This document shows positions 29,989-40,767 of a DNA stretch of 64,000 bases, piece after piece. The translations under genes were made by a program, and so were the position numbers. Position 1 is the first letter of the stretch, and each line of letters begins with the position of its first letter. The DNA is taken from assembly GCA_965659285.1 (NCBI GenBank), contig CBFHWB010000002.1, positions 3,435 to 67,434 of the forward strand. The letters run 5' to 3'. This DNA is from Planctomycetota bacterium. Lineage in GTDB: Bacteria > Planctomycetota > UBA8108. The notes below the pieces were generated by a model. The model was not told the origin of the DNA. It did no database searches and saw nothing but the letters and a program-made list of their open reading frames with translations.

Positions 29989-30612
29989 AAGAATTCTTTC
30001 AGCTTGTGGGTTCCCGGTTTCAGCCGGCGGGCCGGCTTGATGCGGGAGTCTTTTGTCGGTTTTCCCCTGCTGTTCTTCATCCCCGAAGACAGGGTCTTTT
30101 TCCGGGCAGGTCTCCTGGCTTACGGATCGAGCCGCCCTCCCGAACCTTCCCGACCCAGCCGTGAGGGTCAGTGGTGAGCTCCTTTCAGAGAAAGGATGTA
30201 CGGCTCCTGGAGCCGTGGGGGTGGGTGGTATCCGCTTACAGTGGCGGGGGCCGCGCCGGTTTTTCACCGGCTTCCCTCTTTCCGCCGTCGCTCTCCAGCG
30301 AGAACGGCGACACCTGGAAAGCGCCTATGGTATTCCTTGTCCGGGGCGGATGAAAGCGATATCGGGGTTTCCGATCGATTCGCCAGCCCCCCTGGTTTCT
30401 CTCCGCCGGGTCCGCCTGGACGCGCGGCGCAAGCCTTTGGAATCAAATGATTTATCCGCTGATGGGTAGAGCTCGCCAGTGGTCGAAAGAGCTTGCCGAG
30501 ATACGGCTCGATCTGGTACAAAAGCTGTCCGCCTGAATTCCGGTTTCGACGCGCAGCGACTCCCGGAGCGTATCGAAATTCGCTTTTTTAACGGTCAAAC
30601 AGGGCAGGTACC

Positions 30613-32736
30613 TTGGATAGCCACGCCGACAGTAACATCTCCATGAACGGGCTTGCGATGGCCGGGCTTGATTCCGCCATCGACCGGTCAAGGGACTGCC
30701 TCTTCAGCCAGTTCCAGCGCGAAGAGGGTTCTGGCGACGGCTTCTGGTGCGGCGAATTGGAGGCGGATTCGACCCTGGAGTCTGACTATATCCTTTTCCT
30801 GTACCTTTTTGACAGGACGAGGCATCACGAGAAAATTGCCAGGCTGGCTGCCTTTGTCGCGCGCCATCAACTCGAGGATGGAAGCTGGAATATCTACGAG
30901 GGCGGCTCCGGTGAGATCAGCGCGACCGTCAAGGCCTATGTTGCCTTGAAGATCGCAGGCTACGAAGAAGATGACGCAGTGATGGTCAACGCTCGTCGGG
31001 CGGTGCAGACGCTCGGAGGTATTGACCAGGTCAACAGCTACACCAAGGTCTACCTTGCCATGCTGAACCTGCAGTCCTGGGACCGGGTTCCAGCTATTCC
31101 GCCGGAGGTGGTCCTGCTGCCTCGATTTTTCTACATCAACATCTACGAAATATCCTACTGGTCTCGTGCGATTCTCATCCCGCTGTCGATTCTCTATGCG
31201 AAGTGGACGGGATTCTCGAATCCCAACGGCCTGACGATCAACGAGCTTCTTCCGTCTTTGGTTGCCGAAGATGGCGAGGCAGGCGAGTCGCTTAACGCGG
31301 AAAATGAAGATCCTGCCGCGGATGGAGACAGCGGCGGTTCGGCGGCGGCCAAAGCTGACGGCGCCCGTTTGCACCGGTATACCGAGTCGATCTTCAGCTG
31401 GCGCAAGGTCTTTACAACGATTGACCTCGTGCTGAAAAAACTCGAGAGATCCAGGGTCAAACCTCTTCGAAGTCTTGCCGTTAAGAAGGCGGAGGAGTGG
31501 ATGGTCACTCGCCTGGAGGACTCCGATGGACTGGGGGCGATTTTTCCGTCGATGATTAATTCGGTGCTGGCTCTTCGCTGCCTTGGCTACGAGGCGGACC
31601 ATCCGCTGGTCCTGGAGGGGCTCGAAAAACTTGAAGAGCTGGAGGTTGAAGACGATGGGGAGCTTCATCTTCAGCCCTGCCTGTCTCCCGTCTGGGATAC
31701 GGCCCTGGCTCTCAACGCGCTCGGCGAGATCGGGGTTTGTGGCGATTTTCGGGATATGGCCGCGGCCGGCAGATGGCTCCTGTCCAAAGAGGTGAGACGG
31801 CCGGGCGATTGGCAGAAGCGCGTACCAAATGTCGAAGCCAGCGGCTGGCCTTTCCAGTTCAGGAACGAATTTTACCCCGATATCGATGATACCGCTGCTG
31901 TGGTGATGGCCCTGAACCGTGTTGACGCAGATGAGGTTGAAGGGCTTGAGCAGGCGGTCTCTCGGGGAATTAACTGGGTTTTAAGCCTCCAATGTTCCAA
32001 TGGAGGTTGGGCGGCTTTTGACGCGGATGTTGAGCGTAAGATTCTCAACGAGATTCCCTATGCCGATCACAACGCGATGCTGGACCCGGCCTGCGCCGAC
32101 ATAACCGGTCGCGTATTGGAAATGTTGGGGAGCACGCAGGGTTGTCTCGATGACCCCAGGGTGGATGAAGCGGTCAGGCGTGGAGTTCGGTACCTGAAGG
32201 ACACCCAGGAGGATAACGGTGCCTGGTACGGCCGCTGGGGGGTTAACTATATCTACGGTACCTGGCAGGCGCTGAAGGGCCTGATTACGGTTGGCATCAA
32301 CCCCGATGAGGACTATGTTCGTCACGCGGTCTCTTTCCTGAAAAATCACCAGAACGAGGATGGCGGCTGGGGAGAGAGCTGTCGGTCCTACGATGACACC
32401 TCCTTCGCGGGCAAGGGAGAGACCACAGCCTCCCAGACAGCCTGGGCTTTGATGGGGCTTGTCGCCGCCGGCGAGACGGACTCTCCCGAGGCTCAGCGGG
32501 GAGTGAGGTATCTCATCGACCACCAGGATGCCGATGGCGACTGGACCGAGAAGTGCTGGACCGGAACGGGCTTCCCGAGGGTCTTCTATCTCAAGTATCA
32601 CATGTACAGTCTCTACTTCCCCCTTTTCGCTCTTGGCATGTACAGGAATGCCGTCCATGCGGCGGGAGACCCGGCCATCGCAGGAGAGCGGGGTCGCCAG
32701 GCAGCGCTCGAGCCTGTGCCCGCGCGTCGGGATTGA
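30613..32736 (+). CDS. shc: squalene-hopene cyclase
   Basis: DxDD motif (DIDDTAAVVMAL) and multiple QW motifs (e.g. GGWGE). Class II terpene cyclase length. The alternative start at 30643 (MNGLAM) is possible. Confidence 0.9.
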   Translation: MDSHADSNISMNGLAMAGLDSAIDRSRDCLFSQFQREEGSGDGFWCGELEADSTLESDYILFLYLFDRTRHHEKIARLAAFVARHQLEDGSWNIYEGGSGEISATVKAYVALKIAGYEEDDAVMVNARRAVQTLGGIDQVNSYTKVYLAMLNLQSWDRVPAIPPEVVLLPRFFYINIYEISYWSRAILIPLSILYAKWTGFSNPNGLTINELLPSLVAEDGEAGESLNAENEDPAADGDSGGSAAAKADGARLHRYTESIFSWRKVFTTIDLVLKKLERSRVKPLRSLAVKKAEEWMVTRLEDSDGLGAIFPSMINSVLALRCLGYEADHPLVLEGLEKLEELEVEDDGELHLQPCLSPVWDTALALNALGEIGVCGDFRDMAAAGRWLLSKEVRRPGDWQKRVPNVEASGWPFQFRNEFYPDIDDTAAVVMALNRVDADEVEGLEQAVSRGINWVLSLQCSNGGWAAFDADVERKILNEIPYADHNAMLDPACADITGRVLEMLGSTQGCLDDPRVDEAVRRGVRYLKDTQEDNGAWYGRWGVNYIYGTWQALKGLITVGINPDEDYVRHAVSFLKNHQNEDGGWGESCRSYDDTSFAGKGETTASQTAWALMGLVAAGETDSPEAQRGVRYLIDHQDADGDWTEKCWTGTGFPRVFYLKYHMYSLYFPLFALGMYRNAVHAAGDPAIAGERGRQAALEPVPARRD

Positions 32737-32742
32737 GCCGCC

Positions 32743-33513
32743 GTGATGAAGAGAGTCCTTGTGACCGCGGCTGTCCGCCAGGAATTGTCAGGCCTCGAGG
32801 TCCAGCTTGCAGATGCTGAATCCCTGTCCGCGCAGGGCGGCCACCTTTCTGGAGCGCTTGAAGGCGCCCGGGTTCAGCTTTGCCTGACAGGGGTCGGCGC
32901 CGCCAGGGCCCGGCGGAAGCTCGAGGAGGTGTTAGCCGAGTGGCAACCCGATCTCATTCTCGCGACCGGGTTCGGCGGTGGACTTACGGGCAGGCTTCGT
33001 GGAGGAGATATCATCCTGGCCGAGAGGGTTCTGGAGGCGGCCAGTCCCGGACTTGATCCGAGGAGCCTTTCTACAGGTCAGGATCTGCTTGAGATGTCCG
33101 TGGGCGTTACGGTTCCGAATTCCAGCGTCCATCGGGGTACCTTATTGACGGTGCCGGATGTCATATTCTCCGCGCAGGAAAAACGTAAGCTGGGTTCACG
33201 TTACGGCGCGGACGGGGTCGACATGGAATCTTTCGTCATTGTTGAAATCGCCGGGGAGAGAGGCATCCCCTGTATCGCAGCCAGGGTGATATTTGACGAG
33301 GCGGCTTTTGAGTTGCCCCGGGGGCTTGAAAACATCCCGGGTCCGGATGGAGGTCCACGGTTGCTGGGTGTCATCAAGTTGCTTTTAAGGCGCCCCTGGA
33401 CCCTCCCCCGGCTTTACGCGCTCAGGAGCCGCAGCGCGCTCGCGGCTGCCAGCCTGGCCGCGTTTGTTGCGGGAACCCTGCGGAGGTTGGAAGGAGTCGG
33501 CAAGGATGCCTGA
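32743..33513 (+). CDS. hpnG: hopanoid-associated phosphorylase/nucleosidase (PNP/MTAP family 1, HpnG-like)
   Basis: PNP_UDP_1 fold signatures (DMESFVIVEIAGERGIPCIAARVIFDEA). Lies immediately downstream of shc, as in hpn operons. Confidence 0.7.
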   Translation: MMKRVLVTAAVRQELSGLEVQLADAESLSAQGGHLSGALEGARVQLCLTGVGAARARRKLEEVLAEWQPDLILATGFGGGLTGRLRGGDIILAERVLEAASPGLDPRSLSTGQDLLEMSVGVTVPNSSVHRGTLLTVPDVIFSAQEKRKLGSRYGADGVDMESFVIVEIAGERGIPCIAARVIFDEAAFELPRGLENIPGPDGGPRLLGVIKLLLRRPWTLPRLYALRSRSALAAASLAAFVAGTLRRLEGVGKDA

Positions 33514-34009
33514 ATCGAAGCTCAAGCCAATAGACCTTCGGATGCTTCGTACGTCCGGTGTGCGAGAGGAGTTCAACGCGCCTGAACTGGAGCGACTGCT
33601 GGGTGGGGAGGGAGTCGACCTTTCCATGACCGATCAGCCTGAGGCGCTCAGGGTAAGGTTGGAGGCTGGGCTGGAAGTCCTCGATCGCCGGATCCTTGCC
33701 GGTATTAAGTTGGCGCTTGGCCGCCAGGCGAAGCTTTGCGGCCTGGCAGGGGTGGTGCTCGGCATCAGCGCCGGCGCGTGGTGGGCATTGGCGCTCTCTG
33801 TCGCAACCGGCGGGGCGGTGCTGTTCGGCCTGCTGCTGATTTACCTGCTCGTCCTGCTGCTGCGCGTCCGGGGCGATCTCAAGCTCCTCGTCGGTCTTCG
33901 AGGACGCTACCGCGGCAGGTTCGAAGGATGCTCCGGCATCCCGGAGCTGCAGGCCGCGGCCCGCGAGATCTACGATGAGGTGAGAATCGTCGGTGGTGAG
34001 TTGAAGTAG
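33506..34009 (+). CDS. small membrane protein, hypothetical
   Basis: Start at MPESKLK, overlapping the hpnG stop. Two hydrophobic helices in the centre. Confidence 0.4.
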   Translation: MPESKLKPIDLRMLRTSGVREEFNAPELERLLGGEGVDLSMTDQPEALRVRLEAGLEVLDRRILAGIKLALGRQAKLCGLAGVVLGISAGAWWALALSVATGGAVLFGLLLIYLLVLLLRVRGDLKLLVGLRGRYRGRFEGCSGIPELQAAAREIYDEVRIVGGELK

Positions 34010-34094
34010 GATTCACCGAAGGGAGCGGTTCCCTGCTGCGCGTGTGTCGCGCATTAAGGAGAACCGCCAGGCCCGGCTGTTTTGTCCTGCAGCG

Positions 34095-34991
34095 TTACTT
34101 CGGCTGGAAGGCGGTGGCCGGAACGCTGTCATCGATCTTGACCGTGATACCGGACTTCAGGTTCTGCGCCTGGATGAGCCACTCCTTGTGCTCGACGCTG
34201 TAGTCGGAAGGTATCTCACAGGTAAAGACCTTGTCGATCGCCGTCAGGGCCCGCTGGTATTCTTCGGCCTTGGCCAGCGCCCTCGCCAGCAGGAGCCAGT
34301 TTTCTCCGAAGACGGGATCTTTGCTGCAGGCTGCCTCGAGGGTCGTGATGCCTTCCTCCAGGCTTCCAACGGAATACCCGATAAATTCGTAGTCGGCCGC
34401 CTCGACGATCAGGGTACCGAGCACCCGGGCGGGGCCGCCATGGTCACAGGATCCATCCAACTCATGGGCGACCTCCAGGCAATACTTCATCTCCCGCAGG
34501 AGTTTTGTGCTAGGCTCCTTCACCGCCTCGAGAAGGGCTCCAATGCAGATGGCTGAGTAGTAATAGGCTTCCGCCTGGAGCGAGGTTTTTTGTCTCGCTT
34601 CACGCCCAAGGTAGACGCCTTCGAGCGCGTATTTTTTCTTTTCTTTCGGGTTCTGATGGTTCAAGGCAAGCCATGAACAGGCCCTTACGCCCCGCCAGAG
34701 CGACTGATAACCATTACCGGAAGATACGGAATCTTTCGAGGTGCCGAGGGAGTGAGCGACCCTGTATACCGTTCTGGGTTCCTCGTAGCTCCTGTCAATC
34801 TCTCCAATTCTTTCTTCAAGAACGGTGGCCGGCAACAGGACGTCATTCAGTTTCGCCTCCGGTTCCGTTCCTGAGACCTGCCTCGCTTCGTAGGATGAAC
34901 AGCCCGCCACCAGGAAAACCAGGGCGACGCAGAACATACCAAGGACCACGGATTCAGCTTTATTTTTCTTCACTCTTCTCTCCCCTTTCAA
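34095..34991 (-). CDS. lipoprotein, hypothetical (helical/TPR-like)
   Basis: Lipobox LVAGCSS. No family I can name. Confidence 0.4.
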   Translation of the reverse strand: MKGERRVKKNKAESVVLGMFCVALVFLVAGCSSYEARQVSGTEPEAKLNDVLLPATVLEERIGEIDRSYEEPRTVYRVAHSLGTSKDSVSSGNGYQSLWRGVRACSWLALNHQNPKEKKKYALEGVYLGREARQKTSLQAEAYYYSAICIGALLEAVKEPSTKLLREMKYCLEVAHELDGSCDHGGPARVLGTLIVEAADYEFIGYSVGSLEEGITTLEAACSKDPVFGENWLLLARALAKAEEYQRALTAIDKVFTCEIPSDYSVEHKEWLIQAQNLKSGITVKIDDSVPATAFQPK

Positions 34992-35853
34992 AATGGTACT
35001 TTTTTTCTACTTCACTCAACCACCCAGACCGGACGCGGCGGAATTCTTCACAGCCCATCTGCTGCAGAATCCCACCGGCATCTTTTACCGTAGAGATCTT
35101 TTCCAAGGCGGTTATCAGCAGGCGCTGTTCTTCACTCACAGCCGCTGCTGATTTGAATGCTCCTCTGAAAGCAACTATGACAGCAGGAGGATAATAGGAC
35201 GATTCGATGACTTTCTCCACTTTTTTCAGTCTTCCGAGATTTTTCATCGATTCGTACTGACTGTCGTAAAGAAGTACGGCCTGGATCCTGTTTTTTCCGA
35301 GTTGGTAGAGCGCTGAGGATACCCGGGTGGTGGGTTTAGGGATCCAGGCTGAGGCTCCTTTCCAGCCAGCGAGGCTTGCGGCCGTCTTTTCAGCCTCGGG
35401 GAAAAGAATCCGGCGAACGAATTTCGGTTCGTAGAGGGGACCGCCCATAACCAGCTTGCCATCGAGGTCCGCTGCTGTTTTCACCTTTCCCTCGGATGCC
35501 ACAAGCACATATTTCCTAAGTGGATACGCTTCCAGGACAGCTTTGAGCCCAAATCGCTTACGATGTTCGAGGTAAAAACCGAGGCTGACAATTCCAAGAT
35601 CAGGATTTTTTTTCTCCAGGCCGACCAGCGCCTCCTTCGGCGTGTTCTGGTAGCTGAGAGTGGGCCTGGCAAGCTTGGTCTGGGAAGCCAGGTATTCACC
35701 AAGCCGGGCTAGAAAACCTTCAGCCGCTTTTGGAGACCCGGGTCTTCCCGGCTGGATAATAGCCAGGCTGGGGGGGACATCAGCACCCTGGCATTTTTCA
35801 GGGAGCGGCGAAAAAAACAGGAAAAGAAGGAGAATACCGTGTCGTTGGAGCAT
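34960..35853 (-). CDS. secreted periplasmic protein, hypothetical (substrate-binding-protein-like fold suspected)
   Basis: Signal peptide. Lies directly upstream of the lipoprotein gene, with its 3' end overlapping that gene's 5' end. Alternating beta-alpha character. Confidence 0.35.
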   Translation of the reverse strand: MLQRHGILLLFLFFSPLPEKCQGADVPPSLAIIQPGRPGSPKAAEGFLARLGEYLASQTKLARPTLSYQNTPKEALVGLEKKNPDLGIVSLGFYLEHRKRFGLKAVLEAYPLRKYVLVASEGKVKTAADLDGKLVMGGPLYEPKFVRRILFPEAEKTAASLAGWKGASAWIPKPTTRVSSALYQLGKNRIQAVLLYDSQYESMKNLGRLKKVEKVIESSYYPPAVIVAFRGAFKSAAAVSEEQRLLITALEKISTVKDAGGILQQMGCEEFRRVRSGWLSEVEKKYHFERGEKSEEK

Positions 35854-35939
35854 GGTCTGGCACCCGTGAATATGAAAGCCAGGCGTTATTCAAACACGGC
35901 TGGTCTGGCGACGCAAATTCTATGGATCGGATGAAGCAG

Positions 35940-38633
35940 CTACTTCCGCTCGATGAGTTTCAGTAGCGCCGGCAGTAGGACCACCGTCGCTGCGAGAATA
36001 CAGAGCAGTCCGATGATCATCATCAGGCCGAGGCTTGCCACGCCTCGATGGCTCGCCGTCGCCATGGCGCCAAAACCAATCATGGTGGTCAGAAAAGACA
36101 GGGTGACGGCCGCGGCAGTTGTCCTGCCGACTGAGAGAACGGAACCGGATTCCCTGAAACGATGGATGATGTGGACTCCACCGTCGACTCCACAGCCGAT
36201 GAGGATGGGCAGGGCGAAGAAATTAGCCAGGTTGAAATCAAGCTCCAGCAATGGCAGGGCTTCGAGCAGCCAGAGGAGGCCAACCAACAGCGGAACCATG
36301 GCAAGGAGGGTCAGCCGGAGGCTGCGCAGCTCGGCCAGCAGGAAGAGGAGGACGACTCCGAGCGAATAGAGAGCGGCCTTTTCAAAGCCGTCACGCATGC
36401 GGCCGGCCGACTCGTAGACCTGTACGGGGGCGCCTGTCACCTCGGGATCGATGCGTCGCATCTCCTGGATAAAGCGCCGCATCGTTTCCTCCTGCCACAG
36501 GTCGCCGTTGGCGTAGGCGTAAACGATGAACTCGCCGCCGTCGCGGGAAACAAGGCGGCTTCTGAGAATGTCGGGCAGGTTGGCCGGCGAGATGGGCGTC
36601 GTCTCAATGACCGCGGCCTGGAGCGAGCTGAGCAATCCGTTCACCTCGGTAATCCAGTCCCGCTGGAAGGGCGAGAGCCGGGAAATTTTTTCAGCCGGGC
36701 CGCCATCCAGGAGCTCGGCGAGTTCCCCGGTGAGGTCGGCCGCGGCAAGGAGACGCGCGGCGAATAGGCGCCCCTCCTCTTCATTGGCCTGGGAGACGAT
36801 GTCGGCCAGGTCAAAGAGGTTGCCCTGGAGCAGTTCCAGGGCGCCACCCAGCTTCTTCGCATCGACTGTTTCTGCGGCGGCGGGCATCACGATCCCGGCG
36901 AGGGCCGAGCGCGCGGTTTCGAGCCGCTTGAGCTTTTCGAGCTGTCGCTCGGGAAGATAATCAAGGACGCTCTCGGTTCTGGCAATGACTTCTTTGTCGA
37001 GAGCCTCGAGGCCCTGCTGTCTGTGGCGGGCTTCCTCGATGTCCGCTACGATAAAGGCGGCGTACCAGGTGGAAAAATCGGAATTTTCGATCAGCAGGCG
37101 TTCATACTGGACGGACTCGAGACTCTGGTCCTGCAGCTCGAGCAGGTTCGGATTATAGGGGAGGCCCGCGAGACAGAAGAGGCCGGCTCCCGTTATGACT
37201 CCCGCTATGGTGATGATCGGCAGGGGGCGGCTGCCGGCCAGCTCGAGCAACGGTACGCGGATCGTCCGGGCGGAGGCCTTTCTTCCCATGCGGCTATCTA
37301 AGAGAATGATCAGTGCCGGCAGGAGGGTGATCATGCTGAAGAGACAGATCAGGACTCCGCTGCCGGCAATGAAGCCGAGCTCCCGGAGTCCCTTGAAGTC
37401 GACGAAGAGGGTCATGTAGAAGGCCGCCGCGGTCGTGATCCCTCCGATGGCGATCGCCCTTCCGGTTGTCCGGATGGTATTGCTAACGGCCACCTCAACG
37501 TCCCCCTCTCGCTCGAGCTCTTCCTGGTAGCGGGCTATGAAGTGGATTCCAAAGTCGATTCCAAGCCCAACGAGCATGGCCGCGAAGACGATGGACAGCA
37601 GCGTGAGATAGCCGATGGTCAGGGCCGTCAGCGCGAAGGTCAGGAGGATGGCGATGGACAGGGTCAGGATGCAGAGGAGAGGCCTGCCAAGACGCCTGAA
37701 GAAGATGACGAAGAGAGCGAAAACACCAACCAGGGCCGCCAGGGTGGCTCTTTTCATGTCCTTGTCGGTGGTCATCATCTCGTCAGCCTGGAGGACGGGC
37801 CGTCCGGTCAGGCCCAGCTCGACTTCGGGGTGGGCGTCCTTCACATCCTTTAGGATTTTGCGGATTTCACGCAGCGGTTCACGAATGAGCTCAACGGTAC
37901 CGGTGTCTTTTTTCGGCAGGATCTCGACAAGCAGGTATTTTTCATTTTCCGTTGCCAGGTAGCCGCGCTCGCGCAGCGAGCCGCCTTGTTGAGCCTCGAG
38001 TTGCCGGGCCAGGCTTTCGGTCTCCCGTCCGTCCAGGGCCGCGAGGGTGGATGCGAGAGAATGCTCCAGCAGCGAGACGGCGCCGTCTGCCGCGCCGGGT
38101 CCGATGTGGTTGTCTTCTCCGGAGGCGAAGCGTCTTCCGGCCTCCTCGGGATCAAGCAGTCCTGCGAAGAAGGAGAAGAGTCTCTCCAGGCGGTCGGTCT
38201 GTCCGAGCTTTTCGAGAAGATCGCGGTTTCCTGCCAGCGCCGCGGCCAGGACTTCCAGCTCTTCATCTTCCCGGTGAAGGATGCCGTAGCGCATCGCTTC
38301 GGCCGGTATGCGATCGAGAGCCCATTCGACGTGTTCGTCCAGCTGCTCCACCCGTTTCCTGATCTCACGGGCGGCCGCCAGGGCGGCCTGCTGGTCCTCC
38401 CCGACCTCGATCACGACATAGAGGAACTCAAGGTCGCCAAACTCTTCCAGGAAATCGAGGTACCTGCGATTGTATTCCAGATCCGCTCCCACGAGATCGT
38501 TCTGGTCGGTCTTGAACTCGATCTTCAGCACGGCCGGGACGGCCCCGACGGCCAGGATCATGTAGAGCCCTGCGGTCAGCCATGGCTGGCGGGTAACGAA
38601 GGTTGAGAGAGAAGTGAGCAGGTGTTTCAGCAT
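35940..38633 (-). CDS. hpnN: MMPL/RND-superfamily exporter, hopanoid transporter HpnN-like
   Basis: 897 aa. Two six-TM bundles, each preceded by a large periplasmic domain, with MMPL-family GxxxD motifs (GLGIDFGIH, GCGVDGGVH). Located in the shc neighbourhood. Confidence 0.8.
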   Translation of the reverse strand: MLKHLLTSLSTFVTRQPWLTAGLYMILAVGAVPAVLKIEFKTDQNDLVGADLEYNRRYLDFLEEFGDLEFLYVVIEVGEDQQAALAAAREIRKRVEQLDEHVEWALDRIPAEAMRYGILHREDEELEVLAAALAGNRDLLEKLGQTDRLERLFSFFAGLLDPEEAGRRFASGEDNHIGPGAADGAVSLLEHSLASTLAALDGRETESLARQLEAQQGGSLRERGYLATENEKYLLVEILPKKDTGTVELIREPLREIRKILKDVKDAHPEVELGLTGRPVLQADEMMTTDKDMKRATLAALVGVFALFVIFFRRLGRPLLCILTLSIAILLTFALTALTIGYLTLLSIVFAAMLVGLGIDFGIHFIARYQEELEREGDVEVAVSNTIRTTGRAIAIGGITTAAAFYMTLFVDFKGLRELGFIAGSGVLICLFSMITLLPALIILLDSRMGRKASARTIRVPLLELAGSRPLPIITIAGVITGAGLFCLAGLPYNPNLLELQDQSLESVQYERLLIENSDFSTWYAAFIVADIEEARHRQQGLEALDKEVIARTESVLDYLPERQLEKLKRLETARSALAGIVMPAAAETVDAKKLGGALELLQGNLFDLADIVSQANEEEGRLFAARLLAAADLTGELAELLDGGPAEKISRLSPFQRDWITEVNGLLSSLQAAVIETTPISPANLPDILRSRLVSRDGGEFIVYAYANGDLWQEETMRRFIQEMRRIDPEVTGAPVQVYESAGRMRDGFEKAALYSLGVVLLFLLAELRSLRLTLLAMVPLLVGLLWLLEALPLLELDFNLANFFALPILIGCGVDGGVHIIHRFRESGSVLSVGRTTAAAVTLSFLTTMIGFGAMATASHRGVASLGLMMIIGLLCILAATVVLLPALLKLIERK

Positions 38634-38901
38634 CGACAGGTACCATCTGGGGCGGGCGGAACAACCGCTGGGGAAAGAGAGGCCGCCAGCGGAAATACTA
38701 CCCTGTTCCGGAAAGTTTTTCTTCGCCTTGAGTGCGGGTGACAGCGGGGCGGGCTGTTGTCCCCGTTGCGGCGTTGGGACGAGATTTCCTGTCCCTGGCT
38801 CCTTCGGGGGATGAAATAATCGGGGTTTCTTTTTTCCCGATGGCTACAATAGGCGCCTTCGGGCGGCTTGAAGGATTGCCGGTGGGGGTTATGCTGAGAG
38901 T

Positions 38902-40194
38902 TTGGAAGTCTACTGGAGAGGTTTATTGTCAGAGAATAGTTTTGCAGCGATAGAGCAGGCCATCGAAACGGTCGCCGCCGGAGGGATGGTTATCGTCGTC
39001 GATGACGAGGCTCGTGAGAATGAAGGCGATTTTATCTGCGCCGCCGAGAAGATAACCCCGGAGATGGTTAATTTCATGCTGCGCGATGGGCGAGGGGTGC
39101 TCTGCGTTCCGATGCCGCCGGACAGAGCCGCGGCGTTGCAGCTGGAGCCCGCCGCCCATTCCAACTCGGCTCTTCACCATACGAATTTCACAGTGAGCGT
39201 TGACCTGGCGACTCTCAAGTCCGGGGTCTCGGCATCAGAACGTTGTGATACGATCCGGGCTCTCGCAGCCGAGGAGACCACCCCGGGGGAGCTCGCCCGT
39301 CCGGGGCATATCTACCCGCTGGTCGCGCACGAGGGCGGTGTCCTGCACCGCGCGGGGCATACTGAGGCGGCTGTCGACCTTGTCCGGCTGGCCGGGCTGA
39401 CGCCCGTTGGAGCCCTCATTGAAATTCTCGATGAGGATGGGCAGATGGCTCGGGGAGAACGTCTCTTCGAGATCGCCAGGGAGAGCGGAACCCCTATCGT
39501 CAGTATTGAAGAGTTGATCCGCTATCGCCGCCGTACCGAGACGCTGGTGGAAAGGGTCGTCGAGACGAATCTTCCCACCGAGGATTTCGGCGAGCTGACG
39601 GTCTACGGCTACAAGGTTCATTTCGATTCCAGCGAGCCGATCGTCATTCTAAAGGGCGACCTTCATAGCGTGGAGGCTCCCCTGGTCCGAGTCCATTCGT
39701 CGTGTTTTACGGGCGAGGTGCTTGATTCTCTGCGCTGCGACTGCGGTGGGCAACTGCGAGGGGCGCTTGCCCGGATCGCCGGGGAAGGCGTCGGCGCGGT
39801 GGTCTACCTGCCGCAGGAGGGGAGAGGCATCGGCCTGCTGGAAAAACTCAAGGCCTACGCGCTGCAGGATGAGGGGCTTGATACGGTGGAGGCGAACCTG
39901 GCGCTTGGCTACAGAGCCGACATGCGTGATTACGGAGTAGGGATCCAGATCCTGAAGGATCTGGGGCTCAGGAAGGTTCGCTTGCTGACCAACAACCCCA
40001 AGAAACAGGATGCCTTTATCTACTATGGCTACAACCTTGAGGTTGTCAGCCAGGAGCCGATCATCGCCCCGGCCAATGAGCACAGTGAGGCCTATATGCG
40101 CACCAAACGCGACAAGATGGGACACCTGCTGCCGGACTCGGCTACTGAGGCGCACGGCGCATCGACCGCTGAAGACGACAGGGCGGAGGGCTAG
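38902..40194 (+). CDS. ribBA: bifunctional 3,4-dihydroxy-2-butanone-4-phosphate synthase / GTP cyclohydrolase II
   Basis: RibB N-terminal half ([22 protein letters not shown]) and the GCHII zinc motif CDCGGQ in the C-terminal half. The tool start is a TTG. A TTG at 38926, preceded by GGAGAGG, is an alternative. Confidence 0.9.
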   Translation: MEVYWRGLLSENSFAAIEQAIETVAAGGMVIVVDDEARENEGDFICAAEKITPEMVNFMLRDGRGVLCVPMPPDRAAALQLEPAAHSNSALHHTNFTVSVDLATLKSGVSASERCDTIRALAAEETTPGELARPGHIYPLVAHEGGVLHRAGHTEAAVDLVRLAGLTPVGALIEILDEDGQMARGERLFEIARESGTPIVSIEELIRYRRRTETLVERVVETNLPTEDFGELTVYGYKVHFDSSEPIVILKGDLHSVEAPLVRVHSSCFTGEVLDSLRCDCGGQLRGALARIAGEGVGAVVYLPQEGRGIGLLEKLKAYALQDEGLDTVEANLALGYRADMRDYGVGIQILKDLGLRKVRLLTNNPKKQDAFIYYGYNLEVVSQEPIIAPANEHSEAYMRTKRDKMGHLLPDSATEAHGASTAEDDRAEG

Positions 40195-40197
40195 GGG

Positions 40198-40767
40198 TTG
40201 ACTGAGAAGCCGCAGATGGCCGCCAGGAGAAAGATGACGCTGATACTGGTTCTTGGGATCTGGCTGGGAGCCAGCTTCCTCTTGCTGTGGGTGGTAGGGT
40301 CATCCTTTCCCGGAGTCGAGAGGGCCGTGGTGGAAAATGAGCAGCTGGCTTCGAGGGTCGGCTTCAAGCCCGGTGATGCCGCGGCGAAGAAGACCAGCGT
40401 AGCCTGGGTCATTACCGGTGAGCTGAACAGGCAGAATTTTTCGAGCTGGAATGCGGGCCAGCTCCTGCTTGCCGCCGTCACCTTGTTTTGCGCGTTGCGC
40501 GCGGGCTCTCGAGGAGCTCTCCTGGGGGTCTGCGGAGCAGGAGCCCTCGTTCTTGTGCTGACCTTCTGGCTGGCTCCGGAGATCACCACGCTGGGGCGAT
40601 CCCTGGACTTCGTTCCGCGGGATCCTCCCCCGGTCGCGCTGGAACGCTTCAATGGATTGCACGGCATCTATACGAGCCTGGAGCTGGCCAAGGTGCTGTT
40701 GCTCATACTCGCGGTCTGGTTCAGCTTCCGTTCCCCGGCGGCGGCTCAAGCTGCAGACCCGGCGTGA
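40198..40767 (+). CDS. membrane protein, hypothetical
   Basis: Four predicted TM helices. No family I can name. An internal ATG at 40216 is a possible start. Confidence 0.4.
   Translation: MTEKPQMAARRKMTLILVLGIWLGASFLLLWVVGSSFPGVERAVVENEQLASRVGFKPGDAAAKKTSVAWVITGELNRQNFSSWNAGQLLLAAVTLFCALRAGSRGALLGVCGAGALVLVLTFWLAPEITTLGRSLDFVPRDPPPVALERFNGLHGIYTSLELAKVLLLILAVWFSFRSPAAAQAADPA

Noticed and set aside
38634-38925. Possible FMN riboswitch (RFN element) in the roughly 270-bp leader upstream of ribBA
   Set aside because: Only fragments resemble the consensus (a CCGGTG and an AGTCT..GGAGAGG stretch). The conserved GGGGCAGGGTGAAATTCCC, ATTCCGG..GCCGAC and AAAGTC blocks are not present. The AGTCT..GGAGAGG stretch is better explained as the RBS of ribBA.
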